A stretch of 64,000 bases of DNA from Eledone cirrhosa. Lineage: Eukaryota. The notes beneath the pieces were generated by a model. That model was not told the origin of the DNA, did not search any database, and saw nothing but the letters and a program-made list of their open reading frames with translations. A program made the translations under genes and the position numbers. The DNA is taken from assembly GCA_964016885.1 (NCBI GenBank), contig OZ024745.1, positions 26,350,001-26,414,000 on the forward strand, written 5' to 3'. Shown one piece after another: positions 58,112 to 64,000 of this stretch (its first letter is position 1; the number at the start of each line of letters is the position of its first letter).

Positions 58112-58870
58112 GTTTTAATATAGAAGAGCTTCTACAGGACTAGAACTGTTTCATTCGTGAGAAATCATCAGGAAGCTGGCTGTCCAAGTAAATGGTAGTA
58201 TTTATGTCTTTCCTTATCTGGTGGTAAGAGAGGGTGGGGATTGGGGTGGGTGTAGGTCATTGGTTGAAGGATTAAAAGAAGGGGATTCATTAAAAGCTAA
58301 TTCTTAAAAGCTATAATATTAACAAAGGCAGAAAGAATACTGTAAACAAATTCAAAATTGGAATACCAATCCTTGTTTATCACTTAAAGTAACAATGGCT
58401 GTAAGACAGGTGTCTACAGGATGGGTGGTGTTCAATGGTTTAAAGAAAAGGGAAATTCTTTAGAAGCTAATTCTTTAAGGTTGAAGTAAGTTTCCATCAA
58501 CAGATTCAAGAGTTGGTGTGAGACCCCTTATTGTGAAGTTTCTCTTAATATATATTCCAGGTGTCGACAAACACATTCACACACGCGTCCCATATTATAG
58601 CTTTTAAGAATTAGCTTTTAATGAATCCCCTTTCTTTAAATCCTTCAACCAATGACCTACACCCACCCCCAATCCCCACCCTCTCCTACCACCAGATAAG
58701 GAAAGATATAAATACTACCATTTACTTGGACAGCCAGTTTCCTGATGATTTCTCACGATTGAAACAGTTCTAGTCCTGTAGAAGCTCTTCTATATTAAAA
58801 CTTGTATACTCAGCTATGTATTGAGTACCTTACTTACTGTGGTTACCTCCGATTCAACCCGGAATAACAT
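58111..58870 (+). mobile_element. Mini-PLE: 5' inverted pLTR, spacer, 3' pLTR and tail, with two hammerheads
   Basis: About 210-bp arms 58111-58319 / 58592-58802; about 65-nt unduplicated tail ending in (TA)n. Confidence 0.85.
58127..58177 (-). ncRNA. Type I hammerhead ribozyme
   Basis: AGCTTC-CTGATGA-t-TTC(tcac)GAA-t-GAA-ACAG(ttctagtc)CTGT-A-GAAGCT; plus-strand copy at 58736-58786. Confidence 0.88.
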
Positions 58871-58906
58871 ATATATATATATATAACCTACTGGAATATT
58901 TATATC

Positions 58907-58962
<56 letters not shown>

Positions 58963-60195
58963 GAATCTGTATCAATGTGTGTATATGAAAGCATATTTCT
59001 TTCATACGAACTGTCCCAAGACATTAGTAATTCGTTTTGTTGTTATTGGTGATTTGGGCTTTTGTTATAACTTTCATTTATAAATTGTTCTCTGAATATT
59101 CTTCAAATTATTTGACATTTATTGCTAGTTTATGCAAATAGGAATATCACTCCAATTGGTCCCCCAGCGGGTGGTTTGCGTCTACATACCCATATATAGG
59201 TGTATATTTGTGTACACGCTCGCGGATGTGTGTTTATCGCTCTATCTGTCTGTATGTATGTCTGAATATATTTACGAAGGTGTTTGTGTACCCATACAAA
59301 TATTCATTCATTTAACGCTAGCTGGAAGCTCTAGACCTAGTCCGTCAGAACAGTTACACACCATAGCTTACATAGAGACCAAGCAATAAATATATTGTTG
59401 AGTGTGTGAGCGTTTGTGGATGTGTGTATCTAGGATAGTGTGTGTGTCAGCACGCCTTTGTCTCCGAATGTGGATATTTTTGTCAGGGGTCGATGTATAG
59501 AAGAAGCCGGATGTATTTGTATGTGTATACAAATTTGTTTTCCAATACAATAAAATAAAGGTGATATTTAAGGGTCATCACCATTCTGCATCAGTAATCA
59601 TTGACCCGCATGAAATATCTTACGAGCACGCATGCATACATAAACGCACTCACATATACATATACACGTACTCAGGTGAAGGCATACACACACATACACA
59701 TATACATATACACATACACAGGCACACACTTATAAACGTACAAAAGTACGTAGAAAACCATACATACATATACACTTACACAGTCACTGTAATTAGATAT
59801 ACGAACGTGGTCAGCTGAAAGACATGTTCTAAATGATGTATATATACAATTCGTAGAAACGATTTTACATGGTCTTCCTCTTTTCATCTACATAAATTAA
59901 TCCTTGGCAAATCTAATGCTTGTGTGAACACATTTTACTTCTCATTCCACATATCCCCCCTTTCTCTCTCTACCTGTGTGTTTTTCTCTCTTATATTTTC
60001 TCTGTATATATATATCTGTGTATTTGAGTATTTATCTATGCAAAGATATATACATACAAATACAGACACACACACACACATATATGAATATATGTATGTA
60101 TATATGCATACAAATACATACATATATGTATATATGTACGAATACATGCATAAAAATGAATACAATCACACACACACATTTATATATGTATATAT

Positions 60196-60371
60196 GACTT
60201 CTACAGGACTAGAACTGTTTCATTCATATGAAATCATTAGGACTTTCTTGAAGATTTCATACGAATGAAACAGTTGTAGTCCAGTAGATGTTATTTCTAT
60301 ATAAATAAAACAAATGCCTGTAGTCTACCAATGTATTGAGTATAACTGTGGTTGCTCTCCACACAACTCGG

Positions 60372-60375
<4 letters not shown>
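60196..60375. mobile_element. Old fold-back copy of the 58 kb family with two degenerate hammerheads
   Basis: ctacaggactagaactgtttcattc / gaatgaaacagttgtagtccagtag; cores CTAATGA and TTGAAGA; same 3' tail. Confidence 0.7.
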
Positions 60376-60433
<58 letters not shown>

Positions 60434-60525
60434 ACCCTTGAAATATATATAATAGAATAAATATGGTTTTATAAATATAGTTTCCATTTATTTAATATCA
60501 TTGTATATATATATGTATATGTATG

Positions 60526-60617
<92 letters not shown>

Positions 60618-60884
60618 AATAATAGTAATACTTAAGGCAGGCATCGTTGGTTTTGACAGTTTTCGATAGCTTTTTCCCGTCCTCACATTCACTTAAGTTA
60701 AACAAACGTTAATAGTTAAATAAGTTTTTAAAAAAAAGGAGGAAAATATAAAAAAATAGGAGTAGATAAAAAAGGGAGTCTGTATAAAAGATATGAATTA
60801 GTTTTGTATTAATAATATTTGAATTGTATTAATTATTAATTAAATTTGTTCTGAAAATTAAACGGAAAAGATTGTGGGTTGACA

Positions 60885-61290
60885 TATATTATATAGACAA
60901 AAATATGTGAAGTATGTGGGCGGTATTTGTTAGAACTATCTTTCATCGAAGCTAGATTTACTAGGTATGGTTTCTAGAACATTTGAACACCTTTATTTAT
61001 AGCACTTAGAACTCCTATCACTACCAAAATAATTTATGTTTTAAGGTGCCACATTCTGTTTATTTCGATTTCTAGATCTTTATATTTAGCAAGATTCTCA
61101 GAGTCTTTTGTTGACGCAATGCAATCTGACGGTTCAAGTCTTGTTTTTTTTTTAAAATCTTTAATAATAATATCAGGGTGGTTTGCATTAATAGTGCGTT
61201 CTGTGTGAATGGTAAAGTCCCTAAGGATTGTTGCTCCTTCAGTCACAATTACGGTTTACGGTGTATGTTCATATATTATCATTGTTATTA
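60885..61290 (-). pseudogene. R4/Dong-type non-LTR element, restriction-like endonuclease fragment
   Basis: ILRDFTIHTERTINANHPDIIIKD...AKYKDLEIEINRMWHLKT, then KIVLTNTAHIL; matches the RLE PD..D..K..KY..L signature; (TAA)n at one boundary. Confidence 0.8.
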
Positions 61291-61689
61291 TTATTATTAA
61301 ATCTCCCACATTCAAATGTACCTCTCTACGCATACCACGATACGAACTCACTTCATCTTACTAACTTACTTTGTTACTTTCATAACGCTTCTTAATACCT
61401 CTTTCTCCATCTTCTATACATTCTGTTGATATCTCATACATACACTCACACTCAGTAAAATGTGTTATTCACTAACACACTGACTGCACTCGCTTAACAC
61501 CTTTCTCTTATACACAATTACATTTATATCTACATCTGAAGTACGCCTACAAATATTTCGATAGGCACCCATACAAAAAATATCATATAAATGCTGACAT
61601 CCTCCTCCACTCACAATATTCCTTATCTCTTTCGTGTCTAAATTCGTATCATTCTGTACCACTCCTACCCAGTTTCTTTATTTGCCTTT

Positions 61690-61761
<72 letters not shown>

Positions 61762-61763
<2 letters not shown>

Positions 61764-61946
61764 CGAAGGAAATGTGGTAAGGAACCAGGTGGACCGTAAC
61801 GCACCAAAGTACTCAATACTTAGGGTAGTAGAGTGGGTAATAGGAACGAGTAAGACCCCGACGGCTGAGCTCAAGCCGTTTCGACGGCTAATTCCCAGAA
61901 TTAGCCGTCGAAACGGCTTGAGCTCAGCCGTCGGGGTCTTACTCGT

Positions 61947-61950
<4 letters not shown>
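61762..61950. mobile_element. Fold-back mini-element, perfect 50-bp arms, half hammerhead
   Basis: Arms 61845-61894 / 61898-61947, loop cca; GAA-ACGGCT(tgagctc)AGCCGT-C stem III with GUC but no CTGANGA; (TA)n on both sides. Confidence 0.85.
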
Positions 61951-62009
<59 letters not shown>

Positions 62010-62012
<3 letters not shown>

Positions 62013-62752
62013 GAAGCGGAGAATCATTCAGTTTCCTAGTTAGAATTTTAGTCTACGACTTCAGCTATACCATTTACGTGGTTTTGTCTTTGCGTGCAAT
62101 TGTTCTCCACGCTCCACATATGACGTATTATCTTCGTTTTTTTTCGTTCATTGCCAGAGAACGTCTCTATGAACCACCTAAGAGAACATTAGTCTACGAC
62201 TTCTTTTATACCATAAACGTTGTTCTGTCTTTGCGTGTAATTGTTTTTCACCGCTCCAAATAATTATTTCTACTCTAGGCACAAGGCCAGCAATTACCCA
62301 GTGCATTACTGGTACTTTATTTTATCGACCCCGTAAGGCTGAAAGGCAAAGTCAACATCGGCGAGATTTGAACTAAGATCGTAAAGAGACGTAACTATGC
62401 TGGAAAGCATGGCGTCCGACCCTCTACCGATACTGCCAATCCACCGCTCCAAATAATGATGTATTATATTCGTTTTTTCCCCTTCTTTGCCAGGGAACGT
62501 TTCCCCGAACCAAAGTATCGTCTTCCTGTCTTCCTCCGGTTGCAACGTTTTGTGAAATACCCACTCCTGCGTTTACAGATTGACTTTGTTAGTTTCAGAA
62601 GATGCCGTTAAAGGTGAAAGCAGCGATTATTTGCTTAAACTTTAATCTGTTATTTTAATAAACTTTTGCTCTACGGTTCTTATATATTTTATATATATTT
62701 ATCCTTAACGAGCCCTCTTTGGATTTTAGTCTTCAAATTTATTATTATTACT
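62010..62752 (+). mobile_element. Longest copy of the CAGAAGA-family mini-element (motif 62591-62641)
   Basis: Homologous to 52270-52630 and to 7200-7250 (3' end agccctctttggattttagtcttcaaatttattatt); internal partial duplication; nested SINE. Confidence 0.8.
62263..62447 (-). mobile_element. SINE family A nested in the CAGAAGA element
   Basis: caccgctccaaataat duplicated at 62249-62264 and 62442-62457; empty site near 52535-52555. Confidence 0.88.
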
Positions 62753-62949
62753 ATATATATATATATATAAAGGGTAAATAGTAAAGTACCCCTTCGGGCA
62801 CGAATGATCATGTGATTTGCACCTAGAAAGTTAACTTTGAGGCACAAGTCCTGGCAAGGTGGTTTGTAGAAGACCAGCAGTTACCTATGCATACAGGTAT
62901 CTCCTCTCTACACCACCGATGTTGTCCATGGGCGAGGCAAAGGCCGATA

Positions 62950-63065
62950 CGGCTGAGTAAATTGGAGCAACATGAAATATAGGCCTCAAGGGCATCGGTC
63001 GTTTAGGGAATCAAACTCACAGCCTCACGTGTGCAAGCTAAACGCTGTAATCACTGAGCCATACG
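62950..63065 (-). mobile_element. SINE family B, degenerate
   Basis: gctgagtaaattggagcaacatgaaat ... cactgagccat, the reverse of the family B head. Confidence 0.55.
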
Positions 63066-63525
63066 TCATCACATACACACACATATATATATATTGTACA
63101 CTATGGGATATATGTAAAGACAATTTCCTCTGATGAAGAGTTCCGTGTCCGCCGCTGGCTTTATCAAGATCAATAGATGGTACTCGATAGTCGACTACTT
63201 AGATCGATTTTGCGTTTGCTTTGTTTTTTTGGACAACGAAACTGTACTGTAAGGAAGATATGACTTTTTACACCCTAGTGCTGTTAAATATACCTTCCAT
63301 GATTCTCTTCAATGGGTAATAATACCTTACCGGTGCCACTAGAGTAAGGTAATTATTTAACTTATAAATGGGGCCCTAACAGGTACTACTGTTCCAGGCC
63401 AGAGCAGACCTGGGAGTGATAACAACTAAGGAGTAACTCCACATTCCACACAGCTCATGAACATCCCACTGGATGCAGTTTAATGCCATACCCAGAACAT
63501 ACACACACACACATGCACACATATG

Positions 63526-63579
<54 letters not shown>

Positions 63580-63620
63580 ATTTAATGTCATACCCAGGAC
63601 ACACACGCACACGCATATGT

Positions 63621-63702
<82 letters not shown>

Positions 63703-63916
63703 AAATGTGTGGTATTATTGGTACAGTTAGGTATATTTGAAAAAAAGGAAAAGAATGATTTCACTTGTAGTGTTAAAAAATGTTATAATATAATATTATG
63801 AGTTGGTAGATCCAGTAAGTTCATTGTTAACTTCGGTGGGAAGATTTTTAAACTTGGTTAACTTGGGTTGGAGAACTTTCTCGCATTCGTCTGTCTGTGG
63901 CGATTGTCAACATTTC

Positions 63917-63968
63917 TAAAATTAGAACTGGCTGATATATATATATATATCAGCCAGTTCTAATTTTA
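63917..63968. repeat. Perfect 52-bp palindrome centred on (AT)8
   Basis: taaaattagaactggctg-(at)8-cagccagttctaatttta. Confidence 0.95.
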
Positions 63969-64000
63969 ATTATCTTTTCATTTTTCAGTCCCGTTATGTG

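Noticed and set aside
63130-63200. Hammerhead candidate CTGATGA-aGAGT...ACTC-GAT-AGTCGACT-A
   Set aside because: GAAA is mutated and no stem I pairing is evident; at most a decayed relic.

Overview
Eukaryotic, AT-rich window full of microsatellites ((TA)n, (CA)n, (GA)n, (ATT)n, (CTA)n). No host exon can be supported. The repeat content suggests an octopus or other coleoid genome (inference). Recognisable elements: a near full-length but disabled Tx1/L1-clade LINE in an (ATT)n tract (7.3-13.0 kb) with two 3' fragments, a 5'-truncated Neptune-type Penelope-like element (PLE; RT + GIY-YIG), an older PLE relic, an internally deleted maT/DD37D-like Tc1/mariner with small MITEs, RTE, R4/Dong and Jockey/I-type LINE relics, and two tRNA-derived SINE families. 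The main signal is invisible to the ORF track. Most short non-coding islands between (TA)n tracts are fold-back mini-elements carrying type I hammerhead ribozymes (HHRs): about 30 motifs from at least 14 sequence-unrelated families by manual reading. They show ten different palindromic stem IIIs, a 427-nt tandem retrozyme-like unit, a six-copy family with a fixed CAGAAGA (U4A) core and a U3:A8 covariant core. All structures were derived by eye; activity and expression are untested.
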